Assembly (NCBI GenBank): GCA_020184695.1
Contig: JAANOX010000253.1
Coordinates: forward strand, 310,001-374,000
Origin: Histomonas meleagridis 2922-C6/04-290x
Lineage: Eukaryota > Protista > Parabasalia
DNA: 64,000 bases
Direction of reading: 5' to 3'
Shown here: positions 35,460 to 45,728 of the stretch, in pieces
Numbering within the stretch: position 1 is the stretch's first letter
How the letters are laid out: the number at the start of each line of letters is the position of its first letter
The notes under the pieces: generated by a model
Told to the model about the DNA's origin: nothing
Databases searched by the model: none
The model's input: only the letters and a program-made list of their open reading frames with translations
Position numbers and translations under genes: made by a program

Positions 35460-35650
35460 TTTTGAACAATACAACACACCGTGGTCTCTGAAATAAATAT
35501 CAAAAAAATTGTTTGGTTATTATTCAATATTTGGAAAAAATCAAAAATTTCAATTTTTTGTTGAAATTGAGCTCCACAGAGATTTGATGTTATCTCCCAT
35601 TCTTACAAATAACTCACATGAAGCAGATTTCTTCTATATTCCAGTTTAAA
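35460..35650 (+). pseudogene. 5' fragment of a second exostosin/GT47 gene
   Basis: 'NQKFQFFVEIELHRDLMLSPILTNNSHEADFFYIPV*' is the GT47 N-terminal ExxH...S..T.dP.eAD.FyvP motif. Homology stops at ~35647. Confidence 0.7.
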
Positions 35651-36275
35651 GGATTATATAAATAATCAAGCACTAAAGTACACACACATCACAACTACAT
35701 GGGCCCTTAGGGCTAACACCCCTGGTCCCCTTCGTTGTAATTGTTATAAGATATCCGTTATAAAACTATATTTAATAGAGAATTAATACTTTACAAAAGG
35801 TGTTATACAATAATGTAATGTTAAAAATCATTACTTTTAAAAAATAATTATTTAATAGGCCACAAAGTGGCCGTTAATAAAATGTTAACTGTTAAATAGA
35901 GCTAGTCAAGCAAAACCACCCTTTCAATTTATTATCAAAAAGTGAAAACAAAAACAATAATATCTTGTTATTTGATAGACATTAAAATATATATTATAGA
36001 TTGCAGAGCATAAAATTAAAAATAATTATGTGTTATATCATTATAATAACAATATTATTTGTATACATGTTGAAATAAAAAAAGGCATTTTTCTAAATAA
36101 TTGCTCATGGAATCAATCTTTATTTAATAATATATTATAATAATCACAATATAGAGCATTTCAAACACTCAGAATGCTCATATTTTTCGTGTTGTTTTTG
36201 AGATATATCTATTTTAAAAATAAATTTAATTTTTAATGGTTTATTAAAGGAACGTTTAAATCCACTTTTGATTTA

Positions 36276-37700
36276 ATGCAAGCAAATATCAAAATAATGG
36301 ATTTGAGCAAACAAAATAAGCATTTAATGAAGGAAAACAAATACCTCAAGATGAGCATTGCTAAATTACAAAGTGATTTACAAGTTTTGCAAGACCAAAA
36401 GATGAATTTATTACTGGAGGTTCAAATGTACTCGAATATTGAGCAAAATTGGTTTCTTTCAGAATGTTTGAAAAATGATTGTCTTAGTTCTCACAGAAGA
36501 TATTCTAATAAAATGATTAAATTTTGTGAAGCTTTATACATAATATCTCCCAAAGCTTATAAGTTACTTCGAGAAATAATTAAAATTCCAAGCAAAGCAA
36601 TCTTATTCAAAAACTTTTCCAGTACCATTTCAAATATTAAAAATTCCTTTCTATCAAATGAATTGAATCAAAATCCATTTTAATTCAAAAGCTTTGTCGG
36701 GCACAAAAAATTCCAGTTTCAATCTCTATCGATGCAACAGTTGCATCACCTCAGCCTTTGTTTACTCATGACAATGTTAATAATGTTTTTAATTCAAATT
36801 CAGCCAATATGTCATGATTTTAAGTGTATTCCCTGTTTCTGTTATTCCTTCGAAAGGAGGACAAATGAACAATGATATGAAATTAATATTTTGATCAACA
36901 ATTAATTGAATTGTCTCAAAAAAATTTAAATTGTATTTAAATGTTCAGATGGTGATACAGGAACAAATATTTGGCATTCAAATCATTTTACAAAAATTTT
37001 TCAAGTATTTACATTATGAACTTGAAACTATAATTCAATATATTCAATTCGAACAATGGCCTATTAGTGATTACTTACATATAATTAAGAATCAACGATG
37101 TAGACTTTTTCATTGTGTTTCATTAATGGCTAATACAGAAATAATTTCAATTGGTAGTTTTTATGAAATTTCCAGAATCAAAGCTTTTTCTGATACTACT
37201 AGTTTGTCAAAATACAATGACAAACTTGCATTGAATGCATTTTTCTATCATAATTTTAAACATAATGATGAAAAATAAAAAGCATTCACATTTTTTTATT
37301 ATTTACTACCATTCAGTTTATGGGGAGCTGTTATTCATTCAAAGGAAATTGATTAAAACACAAAAAAAAGAATTTTAGATATCATTAAACACATATTTTT
37401 CAGGGAATATTGTCAATTATACTTTAACCATTCTCAAGAATTGGCTGAAAAATTCTCAAAGAATGTTCGAAGCATTTCATTTTTATTCAAAAGGATAAAT
37501 TAAAAGCGAATGATAAATACAATCATTGGATTGTATTATGCCTTAAAAAATTATCCTGAAAAATTAGCCTTGAATCGCATTTCATCGCATCCCATTGAAA
37601 ACACATTTGGGATTACGCGATCAACAATGCAAAACAAGCTTGGAGTTGATGTTTTTATTTCTTCCCTGTCTAGAAACACTTTGAAAAATTGCTAAACGAA
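36276..37700 (+). mobile_element. Decayed P-element (THAP9-like) transposase
   Basis: 'RRYS...FCEALYIISPKAYKLLR..IKIPS', 'ISIDAT', 'CSDGD..TN', 'SDYLHIIKNQR' and 'SSHPIENTFGITRS' give the P-superfamily D, D, D(H), E segments in order. Several stops and frameshifts. Confidence 0.75.
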
Positions 37701-38035
37701 CTAAAAAAATAGAATTACCCCCCAAGCCGAAAAGCTTCAGATGCAGGTGTTTTTCCTAAATGGAAGAGAAGTGCAACATGTTAATTTTTTGACGTAAATG
37801 CATGCAAAATGGAAATTGATAAACTTAGGGCATCAATTGCTAATAATATGAATTATGAATACAAAGGCACTCAATTAAGAACGTTGATCAAATGCTTGTC
37901 TATAGACCCTTCATTAAACTTTAGAGAAAAGAATAATAATAGTATTTCTGGTTCTTCAATTGTTGCAAGGAATATTGCTTCAACGCAATTTATCAACTGA
38001 AATAAATAAAAATTTAGCAGTGAAATTTATGATCT

Positions 38036-38211
38036 AAATCAAAAAATAATCATGAATTCTATCTTCCAAAAGGGAAGAAATAAGATGTGTGTTGTGTTGT
38101 GAGAAAACGGAGGAGATTGTTGGAAGAATGAATAATCTGAAAAAAATCGAAATCGAAAAATAATCATGAATTCTATCTTCCAGAAGGGAAGAAATAAGAT
38201 GTGTGCTGTGT
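38036..38211 (+). repeat. Direct repeat of ~62 bp (38036-38097 and 38150-38211) immediately left of element A
   Basis: 'aaaaataatcatgaattctatcttcca.aagggaagaaataagatgtgtg.tgtgt' occurs twice. Confidence 0.9.
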
Positions 38212-38561
38212 ACACACACACACACAGCGCTATTGAAGCTTCGCGTGATACGCTCGCTTCAAGCCGCGCTACATAAAAGAAAGCATTAACGATAGAGGAT
38301 GATTGAAAATTAGGATTAACGGTCGAGTTTAAAATAAGCATGTGCGAAAAATCTAACTATAACTTGTAACGTAACGTTACCTGTAACTTTGACATTTTGG
38401 AAAAAAGAAGAAGAATAAAGAACATGAGATGCAAAAACCAAGGTTACGTTACGTTACAGGTTATAAATTAAGTCTAGTTTTAAAGTAGTAATTTGATTTT
38501 TTAATGCAACTAAAAAAAGATGTCAAAAGTTACAATCGACATAAACGACAAATTCTGATTA

Positions 38562-39886
38562 ATGGACATTAGAAAAAAAAAAAACTATGATTTAAACGGA
38601 GATGAAGCAATAAATGATTTAAAGAAATGTTTTTTAGTATGTGATTCAACACCTGAAGTATTTATGTTTAAAGATTATGACGCAGTGAATGATTATGTTA
38701 AAGTAAGTTATACATCAGAAAAACGTTGCAAAAACAAAAGCTAAAAAAAATAATTATTGGAAGAAGGACCGAAGGAAATAAAACAAAAAACGTTTCCGCT
38801 TGGGATTTATATTTAGAAAATACAGAAATATTTACGGTAAAAGCATTAAAATTTTATTCCGAAGACCCTCAAATTTTTTCTTACTTTAGAGGTTATGATT
38901 ATAAAAAGCTTGATAAAGTAAAAACAGAAATTATACAACCATTTTTAGATCACGTCAGAGAAGTAATAGCAAATGGTAATGAAGAAATTTATAGATATAT
39001 TTTAATTTGGGTCGCGAGCATTCTTCAAAAACCAAATTTCAAAACTGGAGTTGCTTTAGTTATATTAGGAAATCAAGGAACAGGAAAAAATACATTCTTT
39101 ACAGATGTAATTTGCAAACTTATGGCAAGATACGCAAATGAAAATGTTACGAATATAGAATCAGTAGTCGGTAAATTTAATGCAACAAAAAAAAAAAAAA
39201 AATTACTGGTTTTAAATGAACTACAAAGTATTGATACAAATAAATTTTTAAATTCCGATGCATTAAAATCTATTATAACAGATAAAACAATAAATATAAA
39301 TCAAAAGAATGAACCGATGAGAGAAACAGAAAATGTTGCTAATTTTATAATGGTATCAAATAATGATGTTCCAATAAAGATTGAAAGTTATGATAGAAGA
39401 TATGTTGTAACAAAAACAAGTGATAAGCATTTACAAGATTTCAAATATTTTGCAAATTTAGCGAAAACATTTACACCTGAATTTTATGAAAATTTATTTA
39501 CATTCTTTATGTTAATGGATGTGTCGAAAGTAAATTTAAGAAGAATTCCGAACAGTGAAGCAAAAGAAAATATAAAAGAAGCTTCAATGTCAAGTTATGA
39601 AATTTTCGCTAGAGACAATTACGAAAAAATCAAAAATATAACAGGTCCTGATTTATTTAATTTATATTGTGATTTTATTGAGAAAAATAAATTCAACAGT
39701 TGCAGTTCAAGGACTTTTATTGCAAATATGAAAAAATTCACTGGAAATGCTTCTGCAAAAAGGATTGATGGAAAAGTATTTAAAGTATATAATTTATTGC
39801 CAGAAGTTTATGATAGGTTTGAAAAATATCACAAAAAATTAGAAGAACAAATAGTTGATGATGAAATTGATGATGATGCTTTATGA
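38562..39886 (+). CDS. Poxvirus D5-like SF3 helicase (frameshifted in A-runs near the 5' end)
   Basis: Walker A 'GNQGTGKNTF', 'LVLNEL' and 'NFIMVSNNDVPIKIESYDRRYVV'. ORFs 38562-38744 and 38726-39886 join at a poly-A tract. Confidence 0.88.
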
Positions 39887-40101
39887 AGAATGTTTATTTT
39901 TATCAAAAAGTACCTTTTAATTTTCAAAGATGTTTTTTTAACCCTTTTTCTAACCCTTTTTTTAACCCTTTACGAATCGGAGAAAATGAGCATTTTTTGA
40001 ATGATTTAACGCAAAAGTTGAATGACAAAAATTAAAATATCTCGTTATGTGATAGTTATTTTTATATAATTTACATTTGCCGATGGCAAACTGCGACAAA
40101 G

Positions 40102-40362
40102 TCACATATCAAACGATTTCCTTTCGTTTGTAGTCTTCGCCTGAAGGCTCGATGCTCGCGTGTGCTCGCTTCCCGGGAAAGTTATTTTTAAGCCTTCAAA
40201 CTCTTTTGAAAACGTGATATTTTCATTTCCAACGTAAGCATTTAATGATATAATTTTATTGTCAATTTCTTCTCGTTTCTCGACTAATTCGTCAGTGATT
40301 CGTTTTACGATATCATTTCTGGCTTTCATAAATCTATTATTTAATTCTGCAGGAGCAATATT
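40102..40362 (-). pseudogene. 3' part of hypothetical gene 'X' of element A, cut by insertion of element B
   Basis: 'NIAPAELNNRFMKARNDIVK' is shared with 42255-42490. Homology ends exactly at the (AC)7 terminus. Confidence 0.85.
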
Positions 40363-40546
40363 ACACACACACACACAGCGCTATGTGAGCTTCGTGCTAC
40401 GCACTCGCTCCCACCCGCGCTACATAAACTAAAGGATGAACGGTGTAAACGCGATTGATTTTCATAAATCGGTTGGTTTTGATTGAAAGTAATTAAATAT
40501 ATTTAAATTCATGATGACATTTATTTTTTAAATGTGTGAGGCATGA
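40363..40546 (+). repeat. Left TIR of element B (~184 bp, starts (AC)7AGCGCT)
   Basis: Reverse complement of 60553-60734 with only a few mismatches. Confidence 0.95.
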
Positions 40547-40858
40547 CAAACTAACTAACTAACTAACTAACTAAAAAAGTTATTAGCTAAAGGAAATTCG
40601 GAAAAGCTGAATGAGTTTCTCCATTTTTAGTGATTTGACGTGAATATTGCATGTTTACTGGAGCTGATGATGATAACGGATGAGTTGTCGTTAATGCTAT
40701 GTGGAAAGTTGTGTTTTCATTATTTTTTAACACGACAAACTAACTAACTAACTAACTAACTAAAAAAGTTATTAGCTAAAGGAAATTCGGAAAAGCTGAA
40801 TGAGTTTCTCCATTTTAGTGATTTGACGTGAATATTGCATGTTTACTGGAGCTGATGA
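40545..40858 (+). repeat. Tandem sub-terminal module (~190-bp period) with (CTAA)6 and TAGCTAAAGGAAATT motif
   Basis: Near-identical units begin at ~40545 and ~40734. Confidence 0.9.
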
Positions 40859-40875
40859 AAAATAAAGCTTGCATT

Positions 40876-41957
40876 TTACTGTTTCTTTGTGTAATATGTG
40901 GTTCTTTTTTTCCTTTTCTTAAAATCGATCTTTTATCAAAGTGATTTTTAGTGTTATTCATCATTGAAAAGCTCCTTGTTGAAACGTTAGTGTTGAAGTA
41001 ATTGTTAAACATAGAACACAATTCAGAAACTTCTATTTCTTCATTCGGAATAGTTTTTAAGAAATTCTCAAAAGTTGGTTTTGAATCTTGAATTACAATT
41101 ATTGAATCACTCTCTACATCTTCATCTACTTCCTCAACTAAAGGATCGGTAGATTTTTGTATATTATAATAATTTAATGCACCGGCAAATGATTTAGTTG
41201 CTATTAAATCTTCTTTTAGATAATTAACTCTTTCTGTAAATTCTTCATTCAAAAGTTCAGGAAGTGTATCAGTCAATGATTCATTCAAACGAAACATTAA
41301 AGTTTCAGCATAAGTTTTTCACAAGTTTTGAATTTGACATCGCATGAGCGTCAGGAATAATATTTATTTGTTTTTTGATGAAATTCGATATAAACAGATA
41401 CATAATATCAATTAATCTATTAAATTTATTCTTAAATGTTGTTTCAATTAACATAAATTCAGAAGTTTTATTATTCTTGACCGAAAGAGTTATTGTAGTT
41501 AAAGCATTAATTAATCTTTGCGAAAATTTATCAAGAATTTGCATCGCTCGCTTACCGTTTTTATTTAAATATACGCTTTCAATTGTTTTAGAATAATCTT
41601 TATCTTTCGGACAAATGTTTTTTTCTTTATTCACGAAATAAAAATTTCTGAAAATTTTCTGCTTTCTTCATATCTGATTCAATTAATTCAATTTCATTTT
41701 TGCAATTAGATATATATTGATCTTTGAGCATATCAGATGTTATAAATTCATTTTTAGATTTAAATATTTCACCCGGTATGTGTTGAATGTTATAATAAAT
41801 TTGATTTATCATCTTTTCATATTCTTCTTTAGTATATTCTTTATGAAGATAATAATTTCTTTTTGCTTTCTTGCTGATGTTCAAGAACAAATTTATTGAT
41901 TTTTCTGTTAATGTATTTATTACTTTGTTCTTCTGATGTAAAATTAACAATCGCCAT
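40876..41957 (-). pseudogene. Hypothetical gene 'W', left copy (C-terminal winged-helix-like region; frameshifts and internal deletion)
   Basis: High similarity to 58875-60120 on the opposite strand, e.g. 'KNICPKDKDYSKTIESVY.NKNGKRAMQILDKFSQ'. Confidence 0.75.
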
Positions 41958-42254
41958 TTAGCTCTTTTATATACAAATTAAAAATCAAAAACTACTTTAA
42001 AATTAAACTTAATTTCATTTGTGAGTTTAGTCGAGTAAATCATCAATTTTCAAGTGATTTCACATGAATGGAGAAACTCACGGAACAATTTTGAATTTCC
42101 TTTAGCTAGTTTCTTTTTTAGTTAGTTAGTTAGTTAGTTTGTCATGTATAAAAATAAATGTTAATATCAGTTTTGCTTTTCAAAAAATTCTCTTTCAATT
42201 TCTGACTGTTATTTTCACATGATTCACATTTGCCGATGGCAAACTGCGACAAAG

Positions 42255-42750
42255 TCACATATCAAACGATTTCTTATTGTTTGTATTTTTTGGAAAAGTT
42301 ATTTTTTCTTCTTCAAACTCTATTGAAATTGCTATATTTTGATTACCAATATATGCATTTAATGATATAATTCTATTATCGATTTCTTCACGTTTCTCAA
42401 CAAGTTCGTTTGTGATCTTCTTGACAATATCATTTCTGGCTTTCATAAATCTATTATTTAATTCTGCAGGAGCAATATTTACAAGTTTCTTTTCATTTGT
42501 TTTTAGTAAGAATGTTATCAGTAAACTTTAAATTTACTGATTCAAGAAGTTTTAAATTCTTATCATAAAATTTAACGCCTACAAGAATATTATTATGAAG
42601 TATAGGTTTATTTGTTGGTTTGTCTATCTTCACTGTTGTATTATGATTATATTTAAAATCAACAGCGGCGTAAGGCGTCTTGCCGGAGCAAGACTTGTCT
42701 TGCGACTTAATTTTATATTCTGATATTAAATAATCTTGGAATGAATCCAT
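42255..42750 (-). CDS. Hypothetical element gene 'X' (~165 aa after removing one A at ~42503)
   Basis: ORFs 42493-42750 and 42255-42490 become continuous with a 1-nt correction in an A-run. A paralogous 3' half lies at 40102. Confidence 0.6.
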
Positions 42751-42790
42751 TTATTAACGGTAAAAAATTTATTTTTATAAATAAAAAATA

Positions 42791-43690
42791 ATGCGAAAAA
42801 ATAATTCGGAGAATATAGATAAAAAATTTGATGAGATAGAAGAATTGTTTGATAAATTAGAAAAACAAAACAAAGAAATTTTAGAGAATGCAAAGATAAA
42901 ACCAATACATGAAAAATTCTTATTTGCTCAAAACGGAATAACAGCATTTATAGCGCCGATGGGTTCAGGCAAATCATATCTTTACGTTAAACTTGGAGCG
43001 AAACAAGAAGTATTATTTAACGAACCGTTTTTTGAATTAATAACTATTTGTAGTACATCCTCAAAATTTGATGAAACAGTAAATACTTATAAGGAAGCAA
43101 TAAAGAAAACGAAACTTGTTGCGATAAAAGATACTGATTTGTTAGACTGGATTAATAAATATATTCGGAGAATTTTAAAATATAATTCTATCATTAAATA
43201 TATCAATTCTGATTTTAAGAAAACGGATGAAGAAGTAGAAAGATTATTTATGAAATATAATTTGAATAACTCAAAGAAGAAATTAAAATACATTTCTGAA
43301 AAGTTAGCGAAATATCAATGGAAAACTTATCCGCATAGATGTTTGTTGATATTAGATGATTTTGCTAATCATCCTTTGCTGAGAAGTAAAGAAACGGAGA
43401 TGTCAAGATTATTGAAAAAACTCAGACACTTTAATATTAACGTTATCATTTGTGTGCAAACAACAAAAAGTATACCAAAAGATATAAAAAGAACTTTGTC
43501 AGATATTGTATTATTTAATGGTATTGGACAAGAAGACTTCTTCGATCTGTTGAAGGAATCACCAGCGAGTGTTTTTGACGCAAAAGCTTTATGGAAAGAA
43601 TATAGCAAAATGAAAGACCCACACGGTACGTTTAGTATTCACATTAAAGCACGAAGAGTTATTATAAATCAAAAAATAAAAGAATCTTAA
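42791..43690 (+). CDS. DNA-packaging ATPase (A32/FtsK-HerA superfamily)
   Basis: Walker A 'APMGSGKS', Walker B 'LLILDDF' and 'LRHFNINVIICVQ' (R...Q motif). Confidence 0.9.
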   Translation: MRKNNSENIDKKFDEIEELFDKLEKQNKEILENAKIKPIHEKFLFAQNGITAFIAPMGSGKSYLYVKLGAKQEVLFNEPFFELITICSTSSKFDETVNTYKEAIKKTKLVAIKDTDLLDWINKYIRRILKYNSIIKYINSDFKKTDEEVERLFMKYNLNNSKKKLKYISEKLAKYQWKTYPHRCLLILDDFANHPLLRSKETEMSRLLKKLRHFNINVIICVQTTKSIPKDIKRTLSDIVLFNGIGQEDFFDLLKESPASVFDAKALWKEYSKMKDPHGTFSIHIKARRVIINQKIKES

Positions 43691-43758
43691 GATTCGGAAA
43701 CAATGTTTCATAAAAAAATGAAAGAATCTTAAGATTCGGAAACAATGTTTCATAAAAA

Positions 43759-44517
43759 TTATTTTTGATTTTGAATCTCACCAACAAATAAATCTTCATC
43801 TGGCATTCCTTGAACAGAAATTGTTATATACATTGGATTCAGTAAATGTACTTCGTGAAGGTTTGCGTCAACGAGTGTCAACTGTATATGTGACAAATCA
43901 TTAGAATTTATGTCAATTTCAAAATCAGCGTTTGATACAATAATCGGAAAATTTGCCGAAAAAGAGTTATTGATTCTAAGAACGATTTTTGAAATGTTAA
44001 TGGTTTCGTTTAAATTTCTATAAGAACTTTTTCCAACATTCGACAAAAGATATAATACTGGAGTTGATAAAGTATTTCCGACTGATTCAGCGAATATTTC
44101 AAATGTATCTGTACCATTAAATGTTGATGGTATAGGAAGAATTTGTGAGTATAATCCTGATATTTGAATTATATTATATGAAGCATTATTTATTGTAAAG
44201 GCATTTGAAGAAGTAAATACAATTCTACCGGCTTCGTCGACTTCAGACGTAACGCCTGATTCTTGAATTAAAGAATTCAACAGTAATATAAACGTTTGTG
44301 AGTTTAAGTCAGTGTAATCATTATTGAAATAGTATTTTTTACCGTTAATCTGTATAAAATCATCTTTCTCAATAACAACAATAGAACATTTAGTCGTTAG
44401 CGACGTTACAATCATTTTTGCTTGACGTGTTGGCGGTGACGGTAAGTTTACGTCAATTCTATTGTAATGTTCAGCGTCGTAGGAAGAAATTGTATAATCA
44501 ATTACTGCATTATACAT
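43759..44517 (-). CDS. Probable minor capsid (penton, single jelly-roll) protein
   Basis: 252 aa, beta-rich, next to the ATPase. The C-terminus 'LSHIQLTLVDANLHEVHLLNPMYITISV' resembles Polinton/virophage penton ends. Confidence 0.55.
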   Translation of the reverse strand: MYNAVIDYTISSYDAEHYNRIDVNLPSPPTRQAKMIVTSLTTKCSIVVIEKDDFIQINGKKYYFNNDYTDLNSQTFILLLNSLIQESGVTSEVDEAGRIVFTSSNAFTINNASYNIIQISGLYSQILPIPSTFNGTDTFEIFAESVGNTLSTPVLYLLSNVGKSSYRNLNETINISKIVLRINNSFSANFPIIVSNADFEIDINSNDLSHIQLTLVDANLHEVHLLNPMYITISVQGMPDEDLFVGEIQNQK

Positions 44518-44557
44518 TTTATATATTGTAAAAATTTATGAATAACATATATAAAAA

Positions 44558-44716
44558 ATTCAAGGGTTAAAAAATCACAAAAAGTTAACCTTTCAGTAAC
44601 TGAAGCAAACATGCAATATTCATGTCAGATCACCCGAAAAACGCTAATTTACTCGGATTCGTAAAAGGTTAAAAAAAAGTGATTTTTTAACCTTTGATTT
44701 TTAAAAGGTACTTTTT
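44558..44716 (-). repeat. Intergenic repeat module (copy of family also at 39906, 52759, 54100, 54310, 55070, 60957)
   Basis: Core 'aaaagtacc...taaccc..acgaa.cggag.aaatgagcattttt...gatttgac.tgaatattgcatgttt'. This copy is bounded by ~20-bp inverted repeats. Confidence 0.85.
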
Positions 44717-44892
44717 GAATATTTTTATTTAATTAAAATGTCGTTTGTTGGCGTTTGGTTGTGTGTTATTGGAACCATTTATGTTTTAAATTCAATCGTA
44801 AATACAATGATAAAAATATATGTTGTATTTAACGAAGAGGAAGAAGAAGATAAAAAGGAATTACCCGAAGATATTAAAAGGTCACTTTACTC

Positions 44893-45663
44893 TTAAAGTA
44901 CAACAGTTTTTCTGTAATTATAAAGAAATACTAATTGAATAATAAACCTGCAATATTTCGGATAAATATTATTTTTACCGTTTGTTGTAAATCTAATGTT
45001 AAATGTTGAGCCATCAGTTGGCGCGTTATATAATACAGTAGGTTTTTCATAAAAATCACCTTTGATGCCAATGAATCGTCTCTTCGAATCACTAAATGAA
45101 GCATGAAATTCTAAATACTCTCTGTTCCAAACATTATTAAAAGTCATTACTTCCTTTTGAGTTGACAAATAACTTATACTTTCTGACGTTACATCTTGAT
45201 TTAAGAATTTCAAAAAACTTTCTAAATTAGATGTAGTAGTTCCTGAATCAACAATCGCAAATTTTGCGACAAGATTCTGAGTTTCATCCGAACCAACATA
45301 AGTACAAGCAAAATATAAATTGCCTGAGTTTTCGTATTCGTAAGATAATCTATAACTCGCAAATGAATTATTAAAACTATTACAAATTGACGTTAAAATT
45401 TCAAATAAAGTATTTTGTGCCATAACTTGAATTTTAATGATACGTGGATTAGGTGAAGAACCACTGACGCTTTCAGGTTTAGTTACTTCAAACTGTAATG
45501 AGAAAACGTGAGCGGTCGGCGTTATATCTAATCTTCTTATGCCAATAGCTTTATTCTGTGACGGAGACTCTAACCAACGTTGAGGATAACGGAAAGTATA
45601 ACCATTTTGAGGATTTAATACTTCATACTTATCTAAATCAAGATTTGTATAATTTTTCTTCAA
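44893..45663 (-). CDS. Hypothetical beta-rich protein, possible second minor capsid protein
   Basis: Intact 256-aa ORF of alternating beta-strand-like segments in the structural gene cluster. Confidence 0.4.
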   Translation of the reverse strand: MKKNYTNLDLDKYEVLNPQNGYTFRYPQRWLESPSQNKAIGIRRLDITPTAHVFSLQFEVTKPESVSGSSPNPRIIKIQVMAQNTLFEILTSICNSFNNSFASYRLSYEYENSGNLYFACTYVGSDETQNLVAKFAIVDSGTTTSNLESFLKFLNQDVTSESISYLSTQKEVMTFNNVWNREYLEFHASFSDSKRRFIGIKGDFYEKPTVLYNAPTDGSTFNIRFTTNGKNNIYPKYCRFIIQLVFLYNYRKTVVL

Positions 45664-45728
45664 TCGGTAACTGAGACGCAGTTGTTGTAAATTGATTTTC
45701 AGTTTTATACATTTTTATCTTATTAAAA

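Noticed and set aside
35679-35730. ACACACAC...CTACAT GC-rich patch as another Maverick terminus or the P-element TIR
   Set aside because: Only four AC units, no AGCGCT core, and no inverted partner found in the window.
40551-40574. (CTAA)n and TAACCC tracts as a true telomere
   Set aside because: Only 4-6 units, internal to the element, and not contiguous TTAGGG repeats.
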